Source: a virus
Lineage: Duplodnaviria; Heunggongvirae; Uroviricota; Caudoviricetes
Length of the DNA stretch: 64,000 bases
Reading direction: 5' to 3' (one strand)
IMG/VR virus record: IMGVR_UViG_2974615235_000001
Location: 1,236 to 65,235 of that record
In this document: positions 27,113 to 36,299 of the stretch, in pieces
Layout: every line of letters starts with the position of its first letter
Position numbering within the stretch: the first letter of the stretch is position 1
The notes under the pieces: model-generated
What the model saw: only the letters and a program-made list of their open reading frames with translations
Database searches by the model: none
What the model was told of the DNA's origin: nothing
Position numbers and translations under genes: made by a program

Positions 27113-28615
27113 TTATAAAGATTGTTTAACTCTCTCACGAATCTCTTGTAGCGAATGCTCTACTCGAAGAATTCCATCTTTAAAGACTGTCTTTAACTCT
27201 CCTTGACTTTCCTGTTCAGGTGTTTGTTGGTCATATAATACATATTCCCCTTCTTCAAGTTCTACACGTAGTAACCCTTTGGCAGACTTCTTCTTAGAGT
27301 CCGTGGCAGGGTCTTTACATACATCAACTTGATCGCCATCCCATACCACAGATGTAGCTTTAACGGCGCTGCCATGTGTATCACGAGTGACATACTGATA
27401 AGAGTAACTCCCTACACCAAGAACTACATTAGGAACAAAACCTTTAGCTTCAAGGCGCTTAATAATCTCCGCTTGACGTTCTAGAGTAATAGAGTCCCCA
27501 TAGATAGCACCAATATGGGAATCTAAGAGTTTATAACCTTGTTCTGTTTCAGTTCCTCCGAACAAATCCCATAGGCACTCCACTAGTCCTTTTTCCTCTG
27601 GGGTAGTGCCTTTCCCGAACTCATCAATAGTGCCACATAAAATGTCCACAGGATCGCCACTATCAGGGCGAATTACAAATGTACCATCTCGTGAAAGAAT
27701 GTCTTCTTTAAGTTCCACTAAGCCTTCATTTACGAATGCCCAGAAGTCAAAGCTATCGGATACGTGCGACAGAATACCTGTAGGCACTTTAGAGAACAAG
27801 TAACGTACATACTCTACCTCCGCTTCTAGTTTAGTAATACCTTTCTTTTCTACCATTCCCATAATATAACTAGTAGTAGTTGAATGTTCTGTAGCTGGTA
27901 CTGACACTCCTACCAATTCTTCCTCTACATTGGCATTATAATATTCTTCTGCAAAAAGAATACCACTTATAGTGTCTGTTCCTGCGAAGCTACACAGATG
28001 TCCGAAATCAGCCATTGCAGCGGCTTGTCTTCCAAACATCCCCCTTGCAGAGAAATTATGACACATGAAAGGTATCATGTCTAAATCACCTCCAGTACGT
28101 GTAAAGCTGTCAGTAAAAGCCCTCAAATACTCTTTGGCTGTGGTTGCACTGGTCTGTATAGGCCAATTCTCGTTAGAAAATGCAGTCTCTATATAATTAC
28201 TCAGCCAAGAAAAGTTCGGGTGAGTATTCTTGAAGGTAACAGGGGGTACACCGTAAGGTACAGACACTCCTTCTGGTAGTGCTTTAATTTCTATTGGTAA
28301 ATAACCTAGGTCGTGTAAATCCTCAAAGTGCGATACATCATAATCCATATTTAAACCTGAGTCGCAAATAAGTTTAATACGTGATATAACTTCATCCTTA
28401 GGTTGTGAAAAGAATGTGGTGTTCCACTCATCAATTAAGTAATCCTTGATAAAATACTGAAGACCAACAAAAACAACTTCGTTTGAGTTTGTGTTAGATA
28501 GTTTACCACTACGAGAGGTGTAATTAGAGTAAACTTCAGTAATACCCTCTCCGTAAGCGAATTTATGGAATTTCTTGTAAAAATCTGTGTGAGCTGTTGC
28601 GAATTTAATTGTCAT
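27113..28615 (-). CDS. nadV: nicotinamide phosphoribosyltransferase family protein (NadV/Nampt-like; possible nicotinamide ADP-ribosyl transferase)
   Basis: 500 aa; length and overall sequence typical of the Nampt/NadV family; paired with a PRPP-synthetase-like gene. Confidence 0.65.
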   Translation of the reverse strand: MTIKFATAHTDFYKKFHKFAYGEGITEVYSNYTSRSGKLSNTNSNEVVFVGLQYFIKDYLIDEWNTTFFSQPKDEVISRIKLICDSGLNMDYDVSHFEDLHDLGYLPIEIKALPEGVSVPYGVPPVTFKNTHPNFSWLSNYIETAFSNENWPIQTSATTAKEYLRAFTDSFTRTGGDLDMIPFMCHNFSARGMFGRQAAAMADFGHLCSFAGTDTISGILFAEEYYNANVEEELVGVSVPATEHSTTTSYIMGMVEKKGITKLEAEVEYVRYLFSKVPTGILSHVSDSFDFWAFVNEGLVELKEDILSRDGTFVIRPDSGDPVDILCGTIDEFGKGTTPEEKGLVECLWDLFGGTETEQGYKLLDSHIGAIYGDSITLERQAEIIKRLEAKGFVPNVVLGVGSYSYQYVTRDTHGSAVKATSVVWDGDQVDVCKDPATDSKKKSAKGLLRVELEEGEYVLYDQQTPEQESQGELKTVFKDGILRVEHSLQEIRERVKQSL

Positions 28616-28617
28616 GT

Positions 28618-29151
28618 TTATTTCTCCTCTCTTGAAAATTTATGTCCTCTGTGAGTCTTTTGCTTTCCTTTAAGAACTGCGTGGACATTTCTCCAATCAA
28701 AACCTAAGTCTTTTAAATCTTGATTGCCGTAGCATTTTGCCACAAGATTGCCTCCCATGTCAAACACTTTTGTTACGAACTTAGAATTTCTCGCCTCTTT
28801 ACCGAAAGGGTTAGATATAAGACCTTCTCTTGTAGCATGTTCCATATTCTCTTTTCTAGTATTCCATTCTAGATTTTCTAGCATATTGTTCAGCCTATTA
28901 CCGTCTATGTGGTTGACCTCTGGTTTATTTTCAGGGTTAGGTATAAAAGCTTCAGCTACCATACGATGTACACTTCTAGAATATTTAACACGAGATACAC
29001 ATAACCTCACCCTATAGCAGTTAGTTTTGTGATGTTCTTGTGCAAGGATATGGCCTCTTTTATTTCTGACCTTACCTAGATTGCTTACCTCGTAATTTTC
29101 AGGGAATTCTAGGCTATCTTTCCACACCTCCTTAGTAAAGCTTTCCATCAT
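28618..29151 (-). CDS. HNH homing endonuclease (NUMOD/AP2-like DNA-binding region)
   Basis: 177 aa; ...YEVSNLGKVRN... N-terminal module, H-N-H core EVNHIDGNRLNNMLENLEW; inserted between nadV-like and prs-like genes. Confidence 0.65.
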   Translation of the reverse strand: MMESFTKEVWKDSLEFPENYEVSNLGKVRNKRGHILAQEHHKTNCYRVRLCVSRVKYSRSVHRMVAEAFIPNPENKPEVNHIDGNRLNNMLENLEWNTRKENMEHATREGLISNPFGKEARNSKFVTKVFDMGGNLVAKCYGNQDLKDLGFDWRNVHAVLKGKQKTHRGHKFSREEK

Positions 29152-29980
29152 TAAACTCCATAACGTCTGTTTTATTTATATAACCTCCTACGGTCTGATA
29201 ACAGTATACTTTGTCGAAAATACCTCTTAGTTTAGATAAACCTTTAGGGGCAATCAAATGAGTGACATAAAGATCAACCGTACAACCCATTTCCTTAAGA
29301 ATCTCGCCTAACGCAATGTGCGTCCCGCAGTAATCACCTATGTCATCTACAATGATTACACGGCTTCCTACAGGTAATGTTGTATCTAATTCAGTCTTAA
29401 TAATACGCCCTGTAGAAATATCTCTTTCTTTAGAAGCTTGCACTACAGGAATACCTAGCACTTCCCCAATTTTCTTAGCTTTCTCTGTAGCACCTTTATC
29501 AGGGGAGATTACATAATCCCATTTTTGTGCATAGCCATCGTGACGTTTACAAGTGTACTGGAAACAAGATGTTTGGTCTGTGTGAGAAACCTCTGTGTTA
29601 AACATCCATTGCCCTTTAATTTCATTTAAGTTGTGTACATCGTATAAATGCACTTTGGAGAAAAAAGGGAAAACAGTTTCCATAAAAACTTTAAGAGGTT
29701 CTGGGTTTCCTTCCTCAAACATTCTGTCTGCCCTAGCATAAGGGAGGTAAGGTAAGTGAAGCTCTCTCTCCAAATCCTCACATCCCATTAACCACAGTGA
29801 GTTGTATATAAGGTCAATCTCTTCTCTGACCTGTTTACAAGGTGTGGTAGGGCAAACATTGAAATATAAGGTACCTTTAACTTTGTAAATAGCAGTGTCA
29901 ATTTTACAAGTTAATGCCCCATCAGAGTGTTCTAACCATTCAACCTCTATATTTTTATTATCTGCGAATAATGTAATCAT
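29132..29980 (-). CDS. prs: ribose-phosphate pyrophosphokinase (PRPP synthetase)-like protein; possible ADP-ribose pyrophosphokinase
   Basis: About 282 aa from ATG 29980 (RBS GGAGG); YARADR motif (cf. Prs YARQDR) and PRPP-binding loop VIIVDDIGDYCGT; the track's longer N-extension lacks an RBS. Confidence 0.6.
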   Translation of the reverse strand: MITLFADNKNIEVEWLEHSDGALTCKIDTAIYKVKGTLYFNVCPTTPCKQVREEIDLIYNSLWLMGCEDLERELHLPYLPYARADRMFEEGNPEPLKVFMETVFPFFSKVHLYDVHNLNEIKGQWMFNTEVSHTDQTSCFQYTCKRHDGYAQKWDYVISPDKGATEKAKKIGEVLGIPVVQASKERDISTGRIIKTELDTTLPVGSRVIIVDDIGDYCGTHIALGEILKEMGCTVDLYVTHLIAPKGLSKLRGIFDKVYCYQTVGGYINKTDVMEFNDGKLY

Positions 29981-30245
29981 AATTATTCCCCTCCAATTCA
30001 ATAATGTCATACTCTGTAATAATAGCCGTCTTAGCCCCACAACTAATAATAGGCTTCCCATCTGTAGATGTCAACACCTTAGCTACAATATTTCCTTCAG
30101 AGTCTACGATACCCACAGCGTTACTTCTAAGAGTTACCTTACCAGATGGCGTATTGCTAACACGTATCGCTGGTTGAAGTTCTCCTTCCCATTTCTTTTT
30201 ATTATTAGCTTGAATAGCATTCTTACATACACATATATAAGCCAT
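29958..30245 (-). CDS. hypothetical protein
   Basis: 95 aa; strong RBS GAGGAGG upstream of ATG 30245. Confidence 0.4.
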   Translation of the reverse strand: MAYICVCKNAIQANNKKKWEGELQPAIRVSNTPSGKVTLRSNAVGIVDSEGNIVAKVLTSTDGKPIISCGAKTAIITEYDIIELEGNNYDYIIRR

Positions 30246-30248
30246 TAA

Positions 30249-30497
30249 TTATTCCTCCTCGTAACAACATTGGACAGATACATCACGGTACACTACGTAA
30301 GACCCCTTATACAAACCTTTAATCCTCCTTATACAAGAACGACTGGCCTTGTGCTTATGTCGGTTTGAAAGTCCTGTAAGGATATAATCACATGTCGTAC
30401 TAAAAACTCCTTTTGACAATTCACGAATAATAATTAAAACCATTCCAAATAATATTACACCAAAGATCAAACTAATTACTATTAAATTCTTATCCAT
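30249..30497 (-). CDS. small membrane protein
   Basis: 82 aa; N-terminal TM; RBS GGAGG. Confidence 0.4.
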   Translation of the reverse strand: MDKNLIVISLIFGVILFGMVLIIIRELSKGVFSTTCDYILTGLSNRHKHKASRSCIRRIKGLYKGSYVVYRDVSVQCCYEEE

Positions 30498-30510
30498 AAT
30501 TCCTCCTGTA

Positions 30511-30597
30511 CCGCCCTCTAAGAGCTTATCTATTGCATACCTACCCTACCGTACCTCTTTATAGAGAACTCTATTGAGAGAGCTTCTGAGGGTGTTT
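30511..30597. repeat. intergenic repeat element, copy E (inverted-repeat arms ccctctaagagctt / gagagcttctgaggg)
   Basis: Shares the agctctctc-aga-agttctc and ccctc(t/a)taagagc submotifs with other copies. Confidence 0.5.
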
Positions 30598-30601
30598 AAG
30601 C

Positions 30602-31117
30602 TTACTTAATACTCTTGTTCCACTTAGATATTAACTTAGTTGCTTGTTTTAAGTCAAGTCCATTATGTCCACTTTCTATAATATTCTTGAAACTATTAGC
30701 ATCAGTATGACAAGCCACTACATTACCTTTTACATACCCTTTATTACTGTCTATGCGGTCTATAGTAAGAGTTCTTTTTGTAAGGGGTAGTCCTGTGTAG
30801 TAACACTTCTTAGCCTTCATAATATTCTTTACAGAGGTGAACGATAAGCCAAACTCAATGCCACGTTCTTTTGCGTTGTTGTACTTGGAAGACAGTTTTC
30901 TAGCTACCATGACATCGAAGGGTTCACCTTCATCAATACCACTGACTGAAACTGTCGTAGGTTCTTGGTACATGTCAGGGAAAACTTGTAGTAGCTTCTT
31001 CTCTATTGCAGACGACAACTTGAAAGAAGGAAATCTTGTGAAGTAATCGTCAAGTTCTTCCCTGTTTCTTTGGTCAATACAACGGTTAATATTCTTTAGC
31101 CAGTCACTTCTAATCAT
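30602..31117 (-). CDS. HNH endonuclease
   Basis: 171 aa; C-terminal ...IDRIDSNKGYVKGNVVACHTDANSF.. H-N-H core. Confidence 0.55.
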   Translation of the reverse strand: MIRSDWLKNINRCIDQRNREELDDYFTRFPSFKLSSAIEKKLLQVFPDMYQEPTTVSVSGIDEGEPFDVMVARKLSSKYNNAKERGIEFGLSFTSVKNIMKAKKCYYTGLPLTKRTLTIDRIDSNKGYVKGNVVACHTDANSFKNIIESGHNGLDLKQATKLISKWNKSIK

Positions 31118-31140
31118 TTCCTTCTCCTCAAATTTCAGGT

Positions 31141-31179
31141 AATAAAAAATCCTATAGACCGATTATGATCTATAGGATT
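31141..31179 (-). terminator. rho-independent terminator (minus strand)
   Basis: 11-bp perfect stem aatcctataga / tctataggatt; minus-strand transcript followed by U-run (plus-strand aataaaaa). Confidence 0.55.
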
Positions 31180-31190
31180 CGTCTTGTCAA

Positions 31191-31541
31191 CTAGTTTTGT
31201 GGTTTATTTTCTTTTTTATACTTAACCATCTCATCGAAATATTCTTTTCGTTCTTTAGTAGAAATAGTAGGTCTGGTATTATCCTTTATTTCTACTGACT
31301 TCTCTGTCTGATACATCTCCAAAGTTTTAACATCTAGGTTTTTATTGTAATCTGTTGTGTGCTTATATGTATTATCCGTACCTAACATGAGAAGCAACAA
31401 GACTACAAAAGACACTAGCAGGTAAATCTTAGTTAGTAGATTCCTGTTAGACTTACTAATAACTAAACCTGCAAGATAACCCATAGTTATGACTATAAAT
31501 ATAGGAACGAACTCTAAGAGGATATTAATTACATACTCCAT
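31191..31541 (-). CDS. membrane protein (two N-terminal TM helices); possible partner of SPFH protein
   Basis: 116 aa; hydrophobic N-terminus, charged C-terminus. Confidence 0.4.
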   Translation of the reverse strand: MEYVINILLEFVPIFIVITMGYLAGLVISKSNRNLLTKIYLLVSFVVLLLLMLGTDNTYKHTTDYNKNLDVKTLEMYQTEKSVEIKDNTRPTISTKERKEYFDEMVKYKKENKPQN

Positions 31542-31550
31542 GTAAACTCC

Positions 31551-32444
31551 TTATCGAATTTGATTGCCTACAGCCACTTGAGTGGCAATACTGTCTACCA
31601 TGTTAGAAGGGATGATCATCTTATTATCCGACTTTGCCATTTCATACATAATTTGAATATTATGGTATTGCAGGTACTCTGGCGTGACAGTAGATGCCAT
31701 GATACGGTTAACTTCTGCCTCTGCTTCTGCTTTCTCTACATCAATCTTACGTTGAAGTTGTTGCTCTTGGAGTTTACGCTCTAACTGTACTTTAGAAATC
31801 TCTAGTTGTGCATTCTCCTGCTCAATACGTTCTCTGCGTTCTGCTGCTAACTCTTGCGCTTTAGTTATAATCTCTGGGTAAGCTACATCCGCTAACCCGA
31901 TGTAACGAACTAAGAATGGTGTTGTTTGTTGTAATTCCTTTCTCAATTCATTGGCAAGGATAGTGTTAATACCCTCACGGCTAGAAGCAATCTCAGCTAT
32001 AGTATACTCTGCCAAAAGTTCACGCGCCTTAGAGCGAACTAGCTGTTGCGCATAAGTAGTGTAAATCTTACCTAAAGGTATCTGCTGATTAATAGCTGGA
32101 ATGCGATCAAACAACGAGTCATATTGTGCAGGGTTAGGTGTTAGAGTGAGTCGGATGTCGAAACTCATTTTTAGCTTATCTTTTGGCATGAACAACTCCA
32201 TACGCTCTGTGTAGGAGGAGTCTGATACATCCATAGTGATAAGCTTATCACAGTATGTCCAACACTTATCTAAGCGGAATTTAGAAGTGGTAATAACCCC
32301 CTCCTTATACCCGTTTTTCCCCATCACCTTGCCAACATGCGCAGGAGGAACTTCCACTTTTTCTCCCCAGAAGCACCCACCTAAAGAGAATGCCAATACA
32401 CCTATTGCTAATACCTTGCCTAAACGTTTTTTAATATTCTTCAT
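31551..32444 (-). CDS. SPFH/band-7 (HflK/C-, stomatin-like) domain lipoprotein
   Basis: 297 aa; lipobox FSLGG|C; central SPFH-like region; C-terminal Glu/Gln/Arg coiled coil typical of HflKC/flotillin proteins. Confidence 0.55.
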   Translation of the reverse strand: MKNIKKRLGKVLAIGVLAFSLGGCFWGEKVEVPPAHVGKVMGKNGYKEGVITTSKFRLDKCWTYCDKLITMDVSDSSYTERMELFMPKDKLKMSFDIRLTLTPNPAQYDSLFDRIPAINQQIPLGKIYTTYAQQLVRSKARELLAEYTIAEIASSREGINTILANELRKELQQTTPFLVRYIGLADVAYPEIITKAQELAAERRERIEQENAQLEISKVQLERKLQEQQLQRKIDVEKAEAEAEVNRIMASTVTPEYLQYHNIQIMYEMAKSDNKMIIPSNMVDSIATQVAVGNQIR

Positions 32445-32474
32445 AAATTACCTTCTCCTTTTAAAAATTTAAAT

Positions 32475-32517
32475 ATAACCCTGAAACTCAGGATTGATAC
32501 AAAGTATACAGGGTTAT
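32475..32517. terminator. hairpin (ataaccctg ... cagggttat) with flanking T-tract; possible terminator between nrdA and the SPFH gene
   Basis: 9-bp stem with 25-nt loop, followed by ttttctt on the plus strand and a T-rich tract on the minus strand. Confidence 0.3.
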
Positions 32518-32543
32518 TTTCTTACGTCAACATTTATTTTAAA

Positions 32544-34253
32544 TTAACTTTCACACGCTACACAAACCCCTTTACTAGCATTAACTCCTGCTTGCGACCT
32601 AATGTAGTAGAGGCTCTTAATATTCTCGTCATTGGCGGCTACTGCATGTACATACATAATGTAAGCAGGGTCTTCCTCTGCGTCAAAAGCTAAGTTTAAG
32701 GACTGAGCTTGCGCTTGTTTGTATTTGTCCATAGCTTTCTGTCTACTAGAAGCAAGACGTATTACAGAGGTCTGGTCTATCTCAAAGAATGTCTTAAACA
32801 CTTCTTTCTCTTCATCAGACAAGAAATCTAGATGTTGGCAACTACCTTTGTTAGCCTGAACACTGTCTATTACTTCCTCTGTGTATTGTCCGTGTTTCTT
32901 CAACAGTTCCGCAAATAGGGGGTTGATACGGAACAGACCCCCAGAAGCACTACCCTCCGTGTAGGCGTTACCGTACCAAGGAGTAATACCTTGGCTCTCA
33001 CTTCCAAAGATAAGGGCACTAGTTACGTTAGGGGCTAATGCTACAGTGTGAGTATTACGTACCCCATAACCTTTGCACCACTCAGGTTCTCCCCACTCTT
33101 TAGCCATCCATTCAGACGCCTTACGTGCGTTCTTAGCCAAGTGGTCGAAGATTTCATTGTTCTTCATGTGAGCCTCAAAAGATTCAAAAGCTATCATATT
33201 CTTCTGTAAGTAAGAATGGAAACCTGAGACACCTAAACCTAATGCCCTGCTTTTCTCTGTACCACGCACCGCTTTCTCAAGACCTTTAACCCCACGAGCC
33301 TTTTCTAGGAAGTAACTTACAAGGCAGTCTAGGAAAACTGTCATCACGTATACAGCGTCTGTGTCTTTCCACTCATCATAAGTAGAACATACCATACCAC
33401 TAAGAACACAAGTGTACGTATGTTCTTCGTCAGAGTGTAACGTAATTTCCGTACAAAGATTACTTGCTTTACTACTTAAACCTAATGCTTCATACATAGG
33501 GGGTTGCGCCCGTTTAACTTTATCAGGGAAGTATAAGTAACCTCTCCCTGTAATCATCTTTGTAGATAGAACCCTTTGCATCCTAGCTACTAGGTCTTCA
33601 TCCTCTTCGTTAAGTCCTTTTACGTCCTCATCATAAAGGTTGTACCCTACGTTAGTCCCTTCCGGCTCATTCTTAACGTAGTTAGCTATCTCCCAGAAAT
33701 CGTTATGCTGTAGATCAATATAACCTGCCCAAGCCCCTCTACGTGCCCCGCCTTGTGACACCTTCTGCGACATGGTAACAAAGTCTTCTGCTACAGGTTG
33801 TACCCCGTTAGCCTTGCCACCACGAGATATAGATGCCCCACGCTCTCGGATACCACCTAAATAAGAGCTAGTACCAAAACCCTCTTGACTAAGCACTGCA
33901 CACTCTTTAAGGCTGTCGTAGAAGTCGTAAATAGAATCACCTACGTAGTTACCACTACATGACACTGGCATACCATAGTCAGTACCAGCATTCCCTAGCA
34001 CAGGAGTAGCTAAGTAGGCATGGTTGTCCATAATACACTCTTTCCAACGCCTTTTAAAGTAGTCTGTATTAGAGGGACAATGATTCCCTACAGCATTAAC
34101 TATACGATCAATCTGTTCTTCGAAAGTGTCTACACCTTTCATGTATTTAGTAAAGGCTTGCCAACTTAGTGTAGTAAACCAATCGGGGAGTTTACCTTCC
34201 TTTTGTAACTTCTTCCTCTCTTTAGAGAACTCCTCAAAAATACTATCCGACAT
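32544..34253 (-). CDS. nrdA: ribonucleotide reductase class I alpha subunit (compact, no ATP-cone)
   Basis: 569 aa; catalytic NxCxE (SNLCTEITL); C-terminal Cys pair (CVACES); overlaps and precedes nrdB. Confidence 0.7.
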   Translation of the reverse strand: MSDSIFEEFSKERKKLQKEGKLPDWFTTLSWQAFTKYMKGVDTFEEQIDRIVNAVGNHCPSNTDYFKRRWKECIMDNHAYLATPVLGNAGTDYGMPVSCSGNYVGDSIYDFYDSLKECAVLSQEGFGTSSYLGGIRERGASISRGGKANGVQPVAEDFVTMSQKVSQGGARRGAWAGYIDLQHNDFWEIANYVKNEPEGTNVGYNLYDEDVKGLNEEDEDLVARMQRVLSTKMITGRGYLYFPDKVKRAQPPMYEALGLSSKASNLCTEITLHSDEEHTYTCVLSGMVCSTYDEWKDTDAVYVMTVFLDCLVSYFLEKARGVKGLEKAVRGTEKSRALGLGVSGFHSYLQKNMIAFESFEAHMKNNEIFDHLAKNARKASEWMAKEWGEPEWCKGYGVRNTHTVALAPNVTSALIFGSESQGITPWYGNAYTEGSASGGLFRINPLFAELLKKHGQYTEEVIDSVQANKGSCQHLDFLSDEEKEVFKTFFEIDQTSVIRLASSRQKAMDKYKQAQAQSLNLAFDAEEDPAYIMYVHAVAANDENIKSLYYIRSQAGVNASKGVCVACES

Positions 34254-35244
34254 ATTCTAAACTCCATACAAAATCTTTCTCAGGCCAGTCCCTATTATAA
34301 GAAGAACCTAACTTATAGAAAAAGTCGTGTTGTGTGTCACCACCAATCATTTTATAGAACCACTTTGCGATAGGGTTGTAGGAAGGATTGTAAATCTTAT
34401 CCAATCCTAAGTTCTCTAAGCAAAAGTCTATACGGGATTCTACAAATCTTTCCATCTGCGTAGCTGTAATCCCTTTAATATTCCCTTTAGCGAATACCAT
34501 ATCTATAATACGTTTCTCATGTTCCATGATTGTCTTCGCAGCCTTGTATAACTTTTCTTTAAGTTTCTCTTCCTCATTCTCTGTGTATCCTAATTCTTTC
34601 ATCTCTTTAAGTAGGTTTTTAAAACACCAAGCTCCTGTTTCAGAGTGTAAGTTCTCGTCCTTAACAGAGAAAGTTAAGCCAGAGTGTATATTAGGCAGTT
34701 TGTTCTTCCCCTCTGCTTGGAAGTGCATAAGGAATGCAAAACTAGAATAGAGAATAGCCCCTTCCACCATACTGAATACCCCCACAGAATAAAGATCATC
34801 TTTATTACCTACACAGTCGTCTAAGAAGTTCATTCTAGACTTTAGAAGGGGGTCATCTGTAAAAGAGGAGTAGAACTCGTCATTGTCTAATCCTAGTAAC
34901 TCGTCTACACGTTGATAGAATCGACTGTGTACATTAAGCTCAATGTTACTAAAACAAGCCCCTACCATCTCAAACTCTGGTCGAGGGAACATTCGTTTAA
35001 ATCTGCCTCCCCAGTACTCATTACCCGCTAAAATTTCGTATTGAGTGAACAGACTTAGGGTAGTCATTACTCCGTGTAATTCGGCTTCGTCTAACTCTGT
35101 TTTAAGGCAATGTAAATCTTTCTCTACTTTAGGTTCGGTAGGTAGCCAAAATATTTCATTTTGTGTCTGTACCGCCTCAAGCAACTCAGGGTGGTCGTAT
35201 GTCGGTATTGTTTTCTTTATTTGACATCTAGGTTTCAATTTCAA
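34243..35244 (-). CDS. nrdB: ribonucleotide reductase class I beta subunit
   Basis: 333 aa; ferritin-like di-metal motifs (VEGAILYSSFAFL; KDENLHSE), C-terminal tail. Confidence 0.75.
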   Translation of the reverse strand: MKLKPRCQIKKTIPTYDHPELLEAVQTQNEIFWLPTEPKVEKDLHCLKTELDEAELHGVMTTLSLFTQYEILAGNEYWGGRFKRMFPRPEFEMVGACFSNIELNVHSRFYQRVDELLGLDNDEFYSSFTDDPLLKSRMNFLDDCVGNKDDLYSVGVFSMVEGAILYSSFAFLMHFQAEGKNKLPNIHSGLTFSVKDENLHSETGAWCFKNLLKEMKELGYTENEEEKLKEKLYKAAKTIMEHEKRIIDMVFAKGNIKGITATQMERFVESRIDFCLENLGLDKIYNPSYNPIAKWFYKMIGGDTQHDFFYKLGSSYNRDWPEKDFVWSLEYVG

Positions 35245-35250
35245 TTCCTC

Positions 35251-35622
35251 TTATCCAATCAGCTTCTTAACAAATGCTTTCCATTCTTTATCTTTACGAA
35301 TAGTGCCTACATAGCGTTCCCCATTCACAAAGTTGCCTCCAAAGGTTAAATGTCCACATATCTGACGTTCTACAGATTCATTTAAGTCTAAGCCTAGCGA
35401 ATGTAATGCCTTATCCATAATCTCTCGCGGAGGACGTGGTACAGCCATGTGAATGTTTGTAGCGTCTTCTATAATAGCTTCTAATGTTGATGTACTCATT
35501 CCCCGTACATTGTTTACAGCCCATTCTTTGTAGATGTCTGTTTGACACACATCAAAGATTGATACTTCATGTTGATTATCTTCACGTTCTTTTTGTTCTA
35601 GTGTGTATTCGATGTTATCCAT
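35251..35622 (-). CDS. hypothetical protein
   Basis: 123 aa ORF between thyX and nrdB. Confidence 0.35.
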   Translation of the reverse strand: MDNIEYTLEQKEREDNQHEVSIFDVCQTDIYKEWAVNNVRGMSTSTLEAIIEDATNIHMAVPRPPREIMDKALHSLGLDLNESVERQICGHLTFGGNFVNGERYVGTIRKDKEWKAFVKKLIG

Positions 35623-36299
35623 TATTTGTTCTCCATAAATTTAACTAAGTTAGGAAAGTATTCGCGTAATACTTCTCTACATTGTTCTGCTAACCAAATG
35701 TGCTCTAGTTGAGTGCCGTTACCTCCACGTAAGCCACAGTAATGTAACCAAGTTCTCATAGTAGCATTCATATACATATTACTCATAGTATTGCCTTCAG
35801 GAAGAACCACACGCGCACATTCTTTAGCAATACCTCGTTTTATAGCCCACTTATAAGCCTCTGTTGCCTCTTTGATTACTCTTGTTTGACGTTCTTCCCA
35901 AGCTTCTTGTAAGTAGTCGTCTTCTAGAGCGATACTGTTCTGTCGATTCTTAGTGTCTTGTAGTCGTGCCTCACGTAGTACAAACATTTGCTCATCTACC
36001 TCTGCATAGCGTTGGCTAAACTCTTGAAATGCGGCACTCTTGTGACGTAGAACTTGTCGGCTAATGTCACGAGGGGATTTCATTTCAATAATAGCATTAC
36101 TCATCTCAAACACAGACCAATGGGAGTTCTTCGCACAGTAAGTAAGAAGTTTATCCGCTGTATTAAAGTTCTCTTGGTTTTGGGGAGAGCTAACCCTTGC
36201 GGTGTAACTGATAATACCTTCACTGTCAGGGATAAAATCTACTACAGGAGTAGTCACTGCGATAATACGTGTCTCTGCTTTATATTGTTTTAAATCCAA
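35622..36299 (-). CDS. thyX: flavin-dependent thymidylate synthase
   Basis: 225 aa; ThyX signature RHKSAAFQEFSQRY (RHRxxxxxxxSxR). Confidence 0.75.
   Translation of the reverse strand: MDLKQYKAETRIIAVTTPVVDFIPDSEGIISYTARVSSPQNQENFNTADKLLTYCAKNSHWSVFEMSNAIIEMKSPRDISRQVLRHKSAAFQEFSQRYAEVDEQMFVLREARLQDTKNRQNSIALEDDYLQEAWEERQTRVIKEATEAYKWAIKRGIAKECARVVLPEGNTMSNMYMNATMRTWLHYCGLRGGNGTQLEHIWLAEQCREVLREYFPNLVKFMENK

Noticed and set aside
29132-30061. Long 309-aa form of the prs-like ORF starting at 30061
   Set aside because: The N-terminal 27 codons are hydrophobic and junk-like, lack an RBS and overlap the upstream gene; an internal ATG at 29980 has a GGAGG RBS and starts where homology to PRPP synthetases would begin.
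29895-30248. Plus-strand 117-aa ORF antisense to the prs start region, and other plus-strand ORFs inside the minus-strand block (27606-27803, 28748-29017, 30837-31046, 34526-34750, 36054-36293, 39384-40314, 41549-41824, 43373-43816, 44437-45261, 46919-48702, 49418-50637)
   Set aside because: All nested antisense to well-supported minus-strand genes, without RBS, in a block that is otherwise uniformly transcribed leftward.
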